DNA of 63,912 bases, the filler included, from Octopus bimaculoides (lineage: Eukaryota): NCBI RefSeq assembly GCF_001194135.2. It is 3 parts of 3 records of this genome, joined end to end, with 100 filler letters (N's around TTAATTAATTAA, not from the genome) between each part and the next. Parts side by side here need not be neighbours in the genome. Positions count along the whole stretch, not along the records: positions 28,760 to 55,987 come from NC_069004.1; positions 56,088 to 63,912 come from NC_068996.1; 1 more part is not named here. One strand, written 5' to 3'. Positions 48,485-60,639 of the stretch are shown one piece after another. The notes beneath the pieces are model-generated. The model saw only the letters and a list, made by a program, of their open reading frames with translations. It ran no database searches and was not told the origin of the DNA. Position 1 is the stretch's first letter. Every line of letters begins with the position of its first letter. Made by a program: the position numbers and the translations under genes.

Positions 48485-51017
48485 TAGCAAATTTACCCAT
48501 CTACGATGAAGGCATGAAATGAGGGAGGGAAATCATAACAGCAGTATGTATTGAAAAATGTGTAAATGGATTTTAATATCAATATGATTACAAAACTTCT
48601 TTGTAGACGATATTTTGTGTTATCGACACTAATTTTCAAGTTACTGGAGTTCGTTGCTCTACTCATAGCGACTTATAACTGGCCGTGTGTAAACATTGGA
48701 GTGGGTAAAAATACACCTACACGATCTAAAGTCTGGCCTTGTGCCTTATTTGCTGTGAATGAGAATGCCAGTTTCATAGGAAATTGCCTGCATCTTAATT
48801 GGAGCGGAAACTGGTTATCGGTTGGTATAAAGTGTATCCGCAGAATGAACAGGCGTTTACCATTCTTGGGGCCAGTTGCAATTACTGCTTCGATAACATT
48901 GAAATTTAGTTCTGCTACCGTGTATCTTGTTCCATTACAGTGTCCATTGGCTGGATCAAAATTCCTAAGGAGCATTGTCGGACAGTTCTTTTTCAATTTG
49001 ATTTTATGGAATAGCAATCCCGATGGATTTAAGTTGTTCAAGAAATCCTATGGGTACTGGTGGCAGTTTCTGCCATCTATTGTATCCGAACTACAGTATT
49101 CTCGACTTTTCCCATGAAAGTTGCTAATCATGTGCTCATTCACACTGTTTACCACTTCATTGGTTGAGGCGATGACAGCTCGCGAACATAGCCATGATGC
49201 GATTTTTGTAGTTTTCACTTAAATCATTATAGACGAATTTGCATATTTCGGAAATAGATGACGTTTCGAGTACTAAATCTGGCCTAATTTGAATCACATT
49301 CCTCAGTGGGTCGGAGAACGAAGATTGTCCGGAACCTATGTCGCTTAAATAGGTTGCGAAAGTTGCATCTGAAGAATTTCGTACCCTCATGTTTTTCTTT
49401 AGTCCCAACTCCGTAACAGACCTCCAGATGTACGATGGCTTGCACTATTTGGGCTCGACTGTCACGTTTAACAACAGACAGAATCTGCTTCCAGTCGCCT
49501 ACAAAAATAACACATACTCCTCCAAACAGGGATTCGTTCGCTCTGATATCGCGTAGGGAACGATCAAAGCATTCGTATATGAGCTTGTCGCCTTGGCTGA
49601 CTTCATCAACAATTATTAGACTGGTCATTCTGAAGAGTTGCGCGGTTGCATCCTGAGATGACACATTGCAGCAGGACTCTGGTGTTATGTTTATGGTCAC
49701 TTTGAACCGAGAATGAAATGTCCGGCCATTGTGCAGCAATGTTGTCGCAATCCCAGATAGAACTGTGGCGAGTACGATTTTTTTCTCTGGACGTAGAAAA
49801 TCTATGATCGCATTGATAAGACATGTTTTGCCAGTTCTACCCTTCGCGCTCAAGCCGAAAACCTTGTTTTCCTGTTGTTGTAAAACTGTGTTTACAACCA
49901 TATCAAAGTTGTGCTTTTGGTCAGTATTTAGAGTATTGCAGACGTCAGTAGACACTATTCGAAGACACCCTGTGTTATAGTTACATTCTTCTGCGATAAT
50001 CTTTGGCATCAATTGACTGGTTTCGTTATATTCAAGTAGAGACAGCTGGAAATCTCGAACGAGGTTAAGTTCATCCCTTTGCAGTCACTCCTGCAGACGA
50101 ATCAATATTTCATTTTCAATGCGAGTAGTAAGATCTTTAATGTTGTTTCTTTGCAAGAGGTCTCGCCCGAGTTCAGTTTTCCAGTCTTCCCAAAAGTTCA
50201 TCGGATCAAGTGACTGACAGTAAATTAACACGATGGCGAAGAAGTCGTGCAGCGTATCTCCGAAGCGAATACTGACTGCTTCCTCCATTTCACGGTGTAT
50301 TTCTTGGCAGTTCGATATCAGTCCAGTTTTCATGCATGTCTCCTGAAATGTTGAACATACATTTCCCTCCACGGTCTTCAGTTCATCAAAGATAGTCGCG
50401 CCTTTGATATGGTGAAGGAGTATCCGAAGGTGAAACAGTTCTGACTGATGAGTATTATATGATATGGTGGGGATTCGTCCGATAGTATCAGTTTTGATGT
50501 TATCACTATCATCTGTTGTACCTCGTTTTCGTTTTTGCCACGACTTGGTTTTATTGTTCCAGGTGTAATATTTAGGAAAATCTTGGTATAAAATTTGTCG
50601 GGCTTTTTCGTCGTGTTTGTTTGTTTGAAAATAAGCAGTCAGTTTAGTTATCAGTGGTCCGCGTTCCACAGCCGCAGCGACATAGGTCGAGTCGGATCGT
50701 ACAGTCTTCTCATCAGGTAAATGACAGGGTAGTTTTTCGACTGTAGGATGCTTTTGGTGTATGTAAAATCCATACAACTTCCAGAATGCTTCACTTGCAG
50801 AGTTGTATCGAGCGTTTACGAAGTTTTCGATTTCGTTTAATACGGGAATTGGCTGTCCTGTTTCCAATGTTGAGAAGATGATTCGATCTTGCCCTTTTGT
50901 AATGTATTTGTATAAGTACTTCACTGCTTGGACAAAGTGTACGACCTCGACGTTGATGTGGGTGTTGTATTTTATTGTCAGATACGGATTGTATGGCACT
51001 ATCCAAGAATTGTTGAC

Positions 51018-51099
51018 CTGTGAAGAAAATATTAAACGTAAGTGAACAGTCAGTGTATGTCACTAAAATTTCATCAGTGTAAGTTGAAGAAAAACTCAC
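51018..51099 (-). other. Putative 82-bp spliceosomal intron in the Helitron RepHel gene
   Basis: GTGAGT donor, pyrimidine-rich ...ttttcttcacAG acceptor; removal gives YRRRSPAYGGRTNKICVKGQTYFV|VNNSWIVPYNPYL in one frame. Confidence 0.75.
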
Positions 51100-52714
51100 C
51101 ACAAAATATGTCTGACCCTTAACGCAAATTTTATTGGTTCTTCCACCGTAAGCTGGACTTCTTCTGCGATACGTCGGGTAGCTATTTCTCGGTATATAGG
51201 TGGCTATTTGTCCGGTATTTCGGCACTAACTACTTTGTCTGTAATTTCTGGAACAGTCGGTTTATGACGATTAGCCATGATAAGTAGTATATGTGCGTGT
51301 GTAAAGCCACATTTTACTATTCAATAGTTAGTGTATAAGCGACAACTTTTCACAAAACGTTTTTTTCAGTAGATCATGGAGAAGTGCGTCGAGCTTGATT
51401 TTGAATACTCGACAGGCAATATTAGGTCGGTCCTGTAAATGCTCTCCAGGAAATAGGGCGGTCTATATCTCCGAACATTTTGGATTTATGGTAAATGTGA
51501 TGAAGTAATCTGGCTTTCCCATTGCTCTTACTATTACCATGGCATTTTGGAAGGCCTTGCTGTAAAATCTTGGACAGCCGGTGATGGTTGGTGGGAGAAT
51601 AATTCTTCTTCCAGGTATTAATGTATCAGTTTTGTTGACAGCATCAAGCAACCCTGAGTATTTTTCTTCTCTGATTGTCGTTTGATGGAGTTTCGCCCAT
51701 CCGTTCTACTTTCGCCCACTGATCTACAGCATATTACTGTAAAAGTCTTCTACTTCGGATAACATGATTATCCGAATTAGCTATTACCTGCAGTTGGTAA
51801 GCGTAAAAATTCATAGCTGTTAATATTTGTCCATTTGATTTCTTCATATTGAGCTGCCAACCGTCTGTTCCCTCCGGTAGTAGCAGAACATAATGCAGCG
51901 GATCGTACGATCGATGGGTAGAGTTTATTTTCTGAACATGTCCATTAAGACAGTATATGATTACGTCTAAAGGGTTCTTGATATCACCCGGAACCAAAGT
52001 AGCGACCTCTGAATTCATAGACAAGTTGTACTGGCGACAGTGAGCCTCGGATGGTTTGAGCTGTTTGTCATGGTGTAGAAGGATCGAAATATCCTCAGTT
52101 GCCGAAAGTTCTATAGCAACTTGAAATGATGCTACGTATGGGTTTACTTGCCGAATATAACCTTGTAGTTTCGTCAATATATCCACCTGCAGATCATTCA
52201 TATGTTTCGTCCTCTTTTTGGTCTCATAGTGTGTATCAAAGAAGTACAGCTGTGCGAATGATAGCGGTTGATTGGCATCTGGCATTAAACTTCCAATGGC
52301 ATGATACACTTTACCTTGAATTTTAAATGTGGGATTAAATCCAGTTATCGAGGTATCAACAACACAACCAATGAATGTAAACGCGAGTGCGTTATTATAC
52401 GCTCATATATTTGTTATGAAATTGTTATCGTTCCATAACGATACAATGTCTGCCGACAAATTGGGGCTGGATTGCAGCTGAACTTTACCGTTTTCGCAAT
52501 AGAGGAAAAGTGGTTCTGCTGGCCAGCGCTTTGAATGACAATGTGGGCATATATAATCACTCTAGCTTCCACAGTAGTGAGAACGGTGTGATAACGGAAT
52601 GTTACTTTCGATAAAGTTTTCCTGATTCGCTATCAAATTGTAATCTGCAATCCGTTCCAACGAGGGAAATGCTTACCAAAGCATTATCTTCCACTTATAC
52701 TTGCACTTGTCTTG

Positions 52715-52890
52715 ATTTTCGGCGAGCTAGAGTGTTCTTTATCTGTTCCGAAGCTCTCACTTGAGGATTTTTGCGTGTTACTTGGCGAGCTAAAGTGTCC
52801 CTGTTCTTTTTCGAAGCTCTCACTTGATGACTTCTCCGTGTGATTTGGCGAGCTAGCGTATCCCTGCTCAGCTCCGACGCTCTCACTTGT
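52715..52890 (-). repeat. 63-bp coding tandem repeat (~3 units) in the Helitron N-terminal ORF
   Basis: gctctcacttg recurs at 52753, 52816 and 52879; peptide unit VRAS...RDTLARQ.TR...Q (21 aa). Confidence 0.9.
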
Positions 52891-53683
52891 GTATCACGAC
52901 GAATTCTATTAGCTTCCCTATCCTTATTTTGTTGGGCTTGTCTGTATTCACCGTTAGACTGTCTCTTAGTTTTTATAGCGGCAGTTTTCCTTGTAGTCCT
53001 ACCAATTCCTGATTTCCGTTTCCAGGTCATAATGGCGTGGAACAAAGGAAAATTTAATAAAGCATTACACAACTTTATGCATACAATCGTTATTGACAAA
53101 GTTCATAATAGTCATACACCGATTAAAGATGAGCCAAAGCCATCACAATCATTCTTTAACGGCGTAATTCAGTGGAGAAGTAAGTTAATTTACTTCTCTT
53201 CGCTTCTTTTATTACGAGCTATCTCCCCTTAATTTTTTATTTACTTTGTGTACGCCCGTAAACTGAAAAATTACCTTCAATATCCACTAAATTATCATAC
53301 TTTATCACATTTTTTTTTCGCTAAAAACCTGTTTGATTACCTCCTTCGTAATCCCGAAAAACATCGTGAGCATTGGTCCAGCAGTTTGACCATCAGGAGG
53401 GTACAGACAGACAGACATTACGTCAATTATAGTATGATTATTAATATTATTATTGGTGAGCTGGCAGAATCATTAGCACGCTGGGTGAAATGCTTAGCGG
53501 TATTTCGTCTGTCGCTACGTTTCGAATTCAAATTCCGTTGATGTCGACTTTACCTTTCATCTTTTCGGGGTGGATAAAATAAGTACCAGTTGAATACTGG
53601 TGTCGATGTAATCGACCCCCAAAATTGCTGCCTCTGTGGCAAAATTTGAAACCAGTATTATTATTATTATTATTATTATTTTA

Positions 53684-54130
53684 TGTTTGACTTTTGCTTT
53701 GCATTTGTACAAGTTGGATCCAAGTCTCACCCAGAGACCTCAAGAGACAACAAGTTAGAAGTTCATGTAAGTGTTATGCCCAGGGTACCATATATTTGAA
53801 TTTGTACAGTTTTGTTCAGGTGAATGTTTAAGAAAACATAAGAAAATTATGTGTTTGTTTTAAAATTTGAGATCACATAGACAGTATTTTACGTAGGATA
53901 TGGGCAGTTCCCATGAGCACTATCTTTTGAACTTCAGCCATTTTAGGGTTTCCTGGTATCTGAGCTAGGTAGTAATCAGCCCGTTTCGCTGTCATTCCCA
54001 GGGCACCTATGACAATAGGTATTGTTTTCGTATTCAGATTCCACATTTTGCTAATTTCTATTTCAAGATTTTTATATTTGCTCAGTTTTTGGTAGGTCTT
54101 GACAGATACGTTTATATCGATTGGGACAGT
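53684..54130 (-). mobile_element. R4/Dong-type element 3' end with (AAT)n tail
   Basis: KYKNLEIEISKMWNLNTKTIPIVIGALG...GTAHILRKILSM-stop, a 3' UTR, then (AAT)n. Confidence 0.9.
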
Positions 54131-55078
54131 NNNNNNNNNNNNNNNNNNNNNNNNNNNNNNNNNNNNNNNNNNNNNNNNNNNNNNNNNNNNNNNNNNNNNN
54201 NNNNNNNNNNNNNNNNNNNNNNNNNNNNNNNNNNNNNNNNNNNNNNNNNNNNNNNNNNNNNNNNNNNNNNNNNNNNNNNNNNNNNNNNNNNNNNNNNNNN
54301 NNNNNNNNNNNNNNNNNNNNNNNNNNNNNNNNNNNNNNNNNNNNNNNNNNNNNNNNNNNNNNNNNNNNNNNNNNNNNNNNNNNNNNNNNNNNNNNNNNNN
54401 NNNNNNNNNNNNNNNNNNNNNNNNNNNNNNNNNNNNNNNNNNNNNNNNNNNNNNNNNNNNNNNNNNNNNNNNNNNNNNNNNNNNNNNNNNNNNNNNNNNN
54501 NNNNNNNNNNNNNNNNNNNNNNNNNNNNNNNNNNNNNNNNNNNNNNNNNNNNNNNNNNNNNNNNNNNNNNNNNNNNNNNNNNNNNNNNNNNNNNNNNNNN
54601 NNNNNNNNNNNNNNNNNNNNNNNNNNNNNNNNNNNNNNNNNNNNNNNNNNNNNNNNNNNNNNNNNNNNNNNNNNNNNNNNNNNNNNNNNNNNNNNNNNNN
54701 NNNNNNNNNNNNNNNNNNNNNNNNNNNNNNNNNNNNNNNNNNNNNNNNNNNNNNNNNNNNNNNNNNNNNNNNNNNNNNNNNNNNNNNNNNNNNNNNNNNN
54801 NNNNNNNNNNNNNNNNNNNNNNNNNNNNNNNNNNNNNNNNNNNNNNNNNNNNNNNNNNNNNNNNNNNNNNNNNNNNNNNNNNNNNNNNNNNNNNNNNNNN
54901 NNNNNNNNNNNNNNNNNNNNNNNNNNNNNNNNNNNNNNNNNNNNNNNNNNNNNNNNNNNNNNNNNNNNNNNNNNNNNNNNNNNNNNNNNNNNNNNNNNNN
55001 NNNNNNNNNNNNNNNNNNNNNNNNNNNNNNNNNNNNNNNNNNNNNNNNNNNNNNNNNNNNNNNNNNNNNNNNNNNNNA

Positions 55079-55908
55079 GGTGTCTAGGCCAATTGTGGCT
55101 ACCTTCATTGTTAATGCCAGCTGTAGAAGTCCACGGCCTCCCTCTTTTCTTGGCAGATAAAGACTTCTATATCTGCCTTAGGGTGGTGCATTCTATGCAT
55201 TGTCAACAGTTTTGCCTTTGCACGCTGGAGATGTACTACAGTGTCAGCTGTTCACTACCAGTGAACTAATGTAACACCTCTTATTTTTCGAGCAACTTCC
55301 GGAGTATTCGAGCGGTTCCAAGCAGTGCTGTTTTCTGCAAGTGCTCCATCCTTATTACAGCCTCTATTTGTTCCACATACTTCTCGAGATTTTTGCCCAC
55401 TGTTCCCAGGGCTCCGACAATTATTGGTACTACTGCTACCTTTTTCATCGACAACAACTGCTTAACTTCCCAAGCTAACCTGTCATATTTCTCAACTTTT
55501 CTTTCTTCCTTATCGCATACCTTGTTGTCAGCTGGGCATGTTATATCTATGATCCAGCATACTTTGTTTTCTTTCTCAATTAAGATTCTGTCCGGTTTCC
55601 TATTCTCTATCTCATGGTCGCACTGAATCATAAAATCCCATAGGATCTTTGCATTTCTATTTTCGACGATGCCTTCAGTTTTGTGGTCGTACCGATTTTT
55701 TGCTCTGTCAAGTCAATATTTGTTGCAAAGTATCCAATGGACAAGCCTGGTTATATTGTCGTGGCGTCTCTTATATTCCTTCTGGGCTAGTGGCGTACAT
55801 TGGCTGGTAATATGCCATACGGTTTCACCGTTTTGTCCACAGATTCTGCACTTATCACTTTCTGCTGTGTTGTCTATTCTTATCACTTTCTGATGTATTG
55901 TCTATTCA
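55079..55908 (-). mobile_element. R4/Dong-type element 3' part (different subfamily)
   Basis: CRICGQNGETVWHITSQC knuckle, ILWDFMIQCD, KPDRILI..IIDITCP, VPIIVGALG, GTARILRK; (AAT)n directly at its 5' junction. Confidence 0.92.
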
Positions 55909-55956
<48 letters not shown>

Positions 55957-56158
55957 GAGTGAGAGAGCAGTGCATGCCATCATACTGNNNNNNNNNNNNN
56001 NNNNNNNNNNNNNNNNNNNNNNNNNNNNNNNTTAATTAATTAANNNNNNNNNNNNNNNNNNNNNNNNNNNNNNNNNNNNNNNNNNNNATATATGCATATA
56101 TATATATACATATATGTATATATATATATGCACACATATATATGTATACATACATACG

Positions 56159-56224
<66 letters not shown>

Positions 56225-56225
<1 letters not shown>

Positions 56226-57020
56226 TGGACCTTGAGGGACTGCAATCCCAGAGGCACAGTCAGTGCGAGACCTGGGCATTTACATGAGTAATAATGCATC
56301 CTTTCATGTTCATGTTGCTAAATTGTCAATGAAATGCAGGCGACTGACCGGATGAATTCTTAGGACTTTTAGAACAAGAGATCAGGAAACCATGATGCTC
56401 CTCTGGAGGACACTTGTTCTAAGCCACTTTGACTATTGCTCTCAGCTATGGTCACCAACCAGTGTTAAATTAATCTCAGAAATTGAGGCAATCCAATGAA
56501 GTTATATGAAGAAGATAGCCTCTATGCAGCATATAAGCTATTGGGAAAGACTCAAGAGATTAAGACTCTATTCCTTAGAGCGTAGACGAGAAAGATGTAC
56601 CATAATATACATCTGGAAGATCCTCGAAGGAATTGTCCCAAACTTTGGCATCGAAAGTTACACAAATAAAATAACTGGACGCCATTGCATAGTGCCAAGG
56701 ACTCCAAATTTGCCATCAAGATGTAGGACAAGATACTGCAATAGCCTGGGCTTCAGAGGTCCACAGCTCTTCAATATCCTCCCGAAGGACCTGAGAGACC
56801 TGCATGCGGTGGATGTAGGTGTCTTCAATATGAGGCTGGACCTCTTCCTGTCAGGTATCCCAGATGAACCAACTTTGCGGCAGGAGGTGCAGATGAGAGC
56901 AGCCGCATCAAACTCTCTCATGCACCAAATGTCAATTCCTGAAGTAAAATTGTGTAGCAACACCAAATGGCGGTGCCCCAGCATGGCCACAGCTCATAAG
57001 CTGAAACTAGATAAAATAAA
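56225..57020 (+). mobile_element. CR1-group LINE 3' fragment
   Basis: ILRTFRTRDQETMMLLWRTLVLSHFDYCSQLWSP, SYWERLKRLRLYSLERRRER, GPQLFNILPKDLR; A-rich tail. Confidence 0.9.
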
Positions 57021-57049
57021 AATAAAATTTAAAAAATATACATATTTTT

Positions 57050-57960
57050 TTAACACTACCTTTTTTAACACTAAGTTAATTGTATTAAGTTTATCATCTT
57101 AGCTTAAACCAAGACTTCGATTAGATTAGGGTTGAATTTTTTCCATTAATACTATTTGATATTCCTTCTTGTTTTATGGGATAAGTAGTTTTTTTTTTTA
57201 TTTCTTTGATTATTAGTTTATATTCTAGTTAAGGTTAAGTCAATAGTACAACATTTATAATTTTATTTAAACTAAAGTTTCGTTTAGATAAGTTTTGCAT
57301 TTCTTTTCAATAATTTTGTTAAATGGTTTTCCCTTTATTTAATAGTGATATAATTGCTTTTTTATATATTAATTTGTATAAATTAATTTTTGTTAGTTTA
57401 TATTTTACGTTTATAAATTTAGTTTAACCTAAAACTCTGTTTAAATTATATTTTAAATGAAAGATTCATTTAGATAAGATTTGCATATAATATGTTTGTT
57501 AGTCTATATTGTTTCTTAGTCTTATTCTTTTGAATCTATAATTACTTAGATTTTTACGTTCAATAAAATGTTTACAATATAGTTGTTTTATTATGATTTA
57601 AGTTATATAAAGTTTAATCTTTCATTCATGTTTTTATATCTCTTTATTCTATCCTTTTTCTTTACATAATATCTTCTTGAGACTTCTCTCTAATAAACAT
57701 TTTAATTCTGAGTTTAACGTCCAATAATTTTTAGTTTAAAGTATAGCATCGTTGAGATAAGTATTACTTCTATCTTTATTAATTTAACCTAATACTTTGT
57801 TTAAATTGTATTTTAAACGAACGATATGTTAAGATTAGTTTTGCATATAATATTTCTGTTAGTTTATATTATAATAAATGTAAAGTTAATTATGGCACGT
57901 TTTAATTTATAATTTTTGATACCTTGAATAATATTTTTCTATCTTAATATAATAAGTATT
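57050..57960. repeat. Very AT-rich diverged repeat region
   Basis: Blocks such as tttaaatt.tattttaaa...ttgcatataatat.t.tgttagt.tatatt recur at ~57430-57510 and ~57790-57870, with a partial copy at ~57270. Confidence 0.55.
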
Positions 57961-58004
57961 TTCATATACATTCATTTGTTATTTATTGTTGGTTGATATA
58001 TACA

Positions 58005-58320
58005 TTGCCAGACTTTTTTTTCTGGGAGCAAATAAAGGATCAGTGTGCAAGAATCACCTGAAAACCATTAATGAGTTATAAGACACAATCATAGCCTTCA
58101 CATGGTCCATACCGTGTCAGACTCTCTAAGATGTATTTCAATACATGTGTAGAAGAGTCAACTTATGCATTGAAAATGAAGGACAACACTTTCAACACCT
58201 CTTATAAAGATTTTTAAAGTCTGGTAAAATCTAATGTATTCTTTTGCAGTCTTATATCGTCTCATAAATATTTATTTTGCAACAAAATACTTACTGCAGA
58301 GAGACTTTTTGAATACCCTG
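58005..58320 (+). mobile_element. Tc1-like 3' fragment
   Basis: DFFFWE-like ...KTINEL peptide (frameshifted), ICVEESTYALKMKDNTF-like C-terminal region, TIR-like gactttttgaataccctg end. Confidence 0.55.
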
Positions 58321-58374
58321 CATATACACATGCATAAAGCAATGAGTATACATACACAAATGTGCTCCACTAAA

Positions 58375-58815
58375 TTTGTTTCCTCATAACTTCCCGGAAA
58401 ATAGATATCTTTCAATGAAATTTTCTACAAATATCCTTGATCGTATAGCTTCTGATTATATCTGAATTTGTTGTGAAAACAATGTATTCAGGCGAGTAGG
58501 GAGAGGAGATTCAGAAAATTCACACAGATCAGCTTTGTTTCCTCATAACTTTCAGAGAAATGGGTATTTTTAAATGATGATTTTGACAGATATCTTTCAA
58601 AATGGGTAGATTATGATTATATCAGGATTTAATAATGGAAATAAAAATCAATCAGATTACATACATAAAGACACACATATTTGTTCTGAATAATTTATAA
58701 TCATAACAAATTTCAATATAATCCAAATTTACACCATAGTTTCACTTTCAAAAGCATATTTCTAGAGAATTTCATTAAAATTTATCCATGTTTCTCAAAG
58801 TTATGAGGAAACAAA
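58375..58815. mobile_element. Non-autonomous element with a 159-bp core repeat and an inverted terminal copy; related sequence at 37440-37620 and 63700-63912
   Basis: tttgtttcctcataact at 58375 and 58534; its reverse complement at 58799-58815; the gaaaattcaca motif is shared with the other two loci. Confidence 0.7.
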
Positions 58816-59277
58816 TTTTCTAATTCTACTATAGATTCAATTATTAGAACAAGGTCATCAGTATAGAGGAGCTCTCATAGGCAAGCAGTTTTAAATTTCT
58901 CTGTTATGGACATGTAAGTATACTAGAGAATGATACCAGAGAACGGTTAATGTTAGGAAGGGCATCCAGCCATAAAAACCATACTGAAGACAATAGACTT
59001 TGGCACAGATTTGCCAGCCCCTGTCGACCAGAGAAGGAGGATAATAAATGATGATATACATTATATGATATATGTATATATCTCTATATATATAGTTGGA
59101 ATTTACAAAAAAAAACCAAAAGATAAAGACAGGTGTATAAACAACAAACAGGTGTATTAGTTTAACACTCAGGAAGGGGAGAAAGTCTTTCATGTTTTGA
59201 GCCTACACTCTTCAATAGAAAAGAACATGAGAAAATAAACAGAGAGAATAAAAAAAAGCTTCAGTGGCTAGCGGTCA

Positions 59278-59316
<39 letters not shown>

Positions 59317-60639
59317 NNNNNNNNNNNNNNNNNNNNNNNNNNNNNNNNNNNNNNNNNNNNNNNNNNNNNNNNNNNNNNNNNNNNNNNNNNNNNNNNNNNN
59401 NNNNNNNNNNNNNNNNNNNNNNNNNNNNNNNNNNNNNNNNNNNNNNNNNNNNNNNNNNNNNNNNNNNNNNNNNNNNNNNNNNNNNNNNNNNNNNNNNNNN
59501 NNNNNNNNNNNNNNNNNNNNNNNNNNNNNNNNNNNNNNNNNNNNNNNNNNNNNNNNNNNNNNNNNNNNNNNNNNNNNNATAGTGTTTTTTATGTGCCACC
59601 TGCACAGGAGTCAGTCCAATGTTTTGTTCACATGCCACTGGCACAAGTGCCAGTAAGGCAAAGCTGGAAACGATCGCGCTCAAATGGTGCTTTTTACATG
59701 CCATGAGAGCGAGACCACTGCTCTGGCAGTGATCCTGCTTGGATGGTGCTGTTAGCACTCCACTGGCACAGGTGCCAGTCATCAAATTTGGTTCAGTTTC
59801 GATCTCACTTGCCACAACAGGTCTTCGCAAGGTGAGTTTAGTGTCCCATGAGGAAAGGTCGGCATGGGTGCCAGTCATCAAATTTGGTTCAAAGTATGGC
59901 TTTTGTTAAGAAGCTTGCTTCCCAACTGCACTGTTTCAAGTTCACTCCCACTGCATGATACCATGGCATCTTCTACTATAGCCCCAGGTCAACCAAGCCC
60001 TCAGGAATGGAGTTGGAGATGGAAACTGAAAGAAGACCACAAATAAAGAAAACCTGTTTAGAAAATACAAACCACAGCTGAAACTGGTTTTTAAAAACAT
60101 CGATAACATACAATTCGTCATTTACTATACTAATCATGGTAGCATAAAAAATCCCTGCTGATGAAAGTGATTCACATCCCTCTTTTATGAGCATTAATTT
60201 CACTTACCTTCATTTCATTTTCACTAAGTCCTCTTTACTTTTATGTGTGTGTGTGTGTGTGTGTCTGAAATTGTTGTTTCAAATGTTTTGACCACATTTT
60301 GGTAAGAAAGATTGAATGATTTAAGTAAAGCAGTATATATAACACAAAAAAGTCACCATGCCTTGGCTAAATATTATAATAGCTGCTCACACAGCTATTG
60401 GACACCACCAATAAATTAAAAATAGCTCTCAACCTGAATGCAATTTTTACCTCTCATATTACATATCTACTGTCATATTTCATATCTACTGAACGTAAGC
60501 TTTGTTGTGACCATCATGCATAGCTGTTACACGACCTTAACACATTTGCATGACACTGAGGTGTGTTTACATACCACTAGCATTGGTACCAATTTGTGTG
60601 ACACTAATACCTGCCACAACTGTGATTTTCCTTGGCTTG

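Larger units (their letters stand above)
48484..53437 (-). mobile_element. Helitron with both termini and a decayed Rep-PIF1 helicase gene
   Basis: 5' A|TCATACTATAA at 53437; 3' hairpin (CATC-gta-GATG) then CTAG|T at 48484. CPHC zinc motif, Rep motif GKPDYFITFT, HUH motif THAHILL, helicase motifs GRTGKT, IIVDEVSQ, GDWKQ, NGHCNGTR, ANKAQGQTL. Stops, frameshifts and internal deletions present. Confidence 0.95.

Noticed and set aside
36094-48509. ORFs such as CVCVCV, HTHTHT, MYVCMYV, IIIIII, LLLLLL
   Set aside because: Translations of (CA)n, (CATA)n, (CAT/TAT)n and (CTT)n microsatellites.
50791-51102. 103-aa minus-strand ORF overlapping the Helitron Rep region
   Set aside because: It is an off-frame read-through of the putative intron and has no Helitron motifs.
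3982-59881. Long ORFs containing X runs (e.g. 47048-48016, 53873-55269, 29554-30232)
   Set aside because: They are open only because they cross N gaps.
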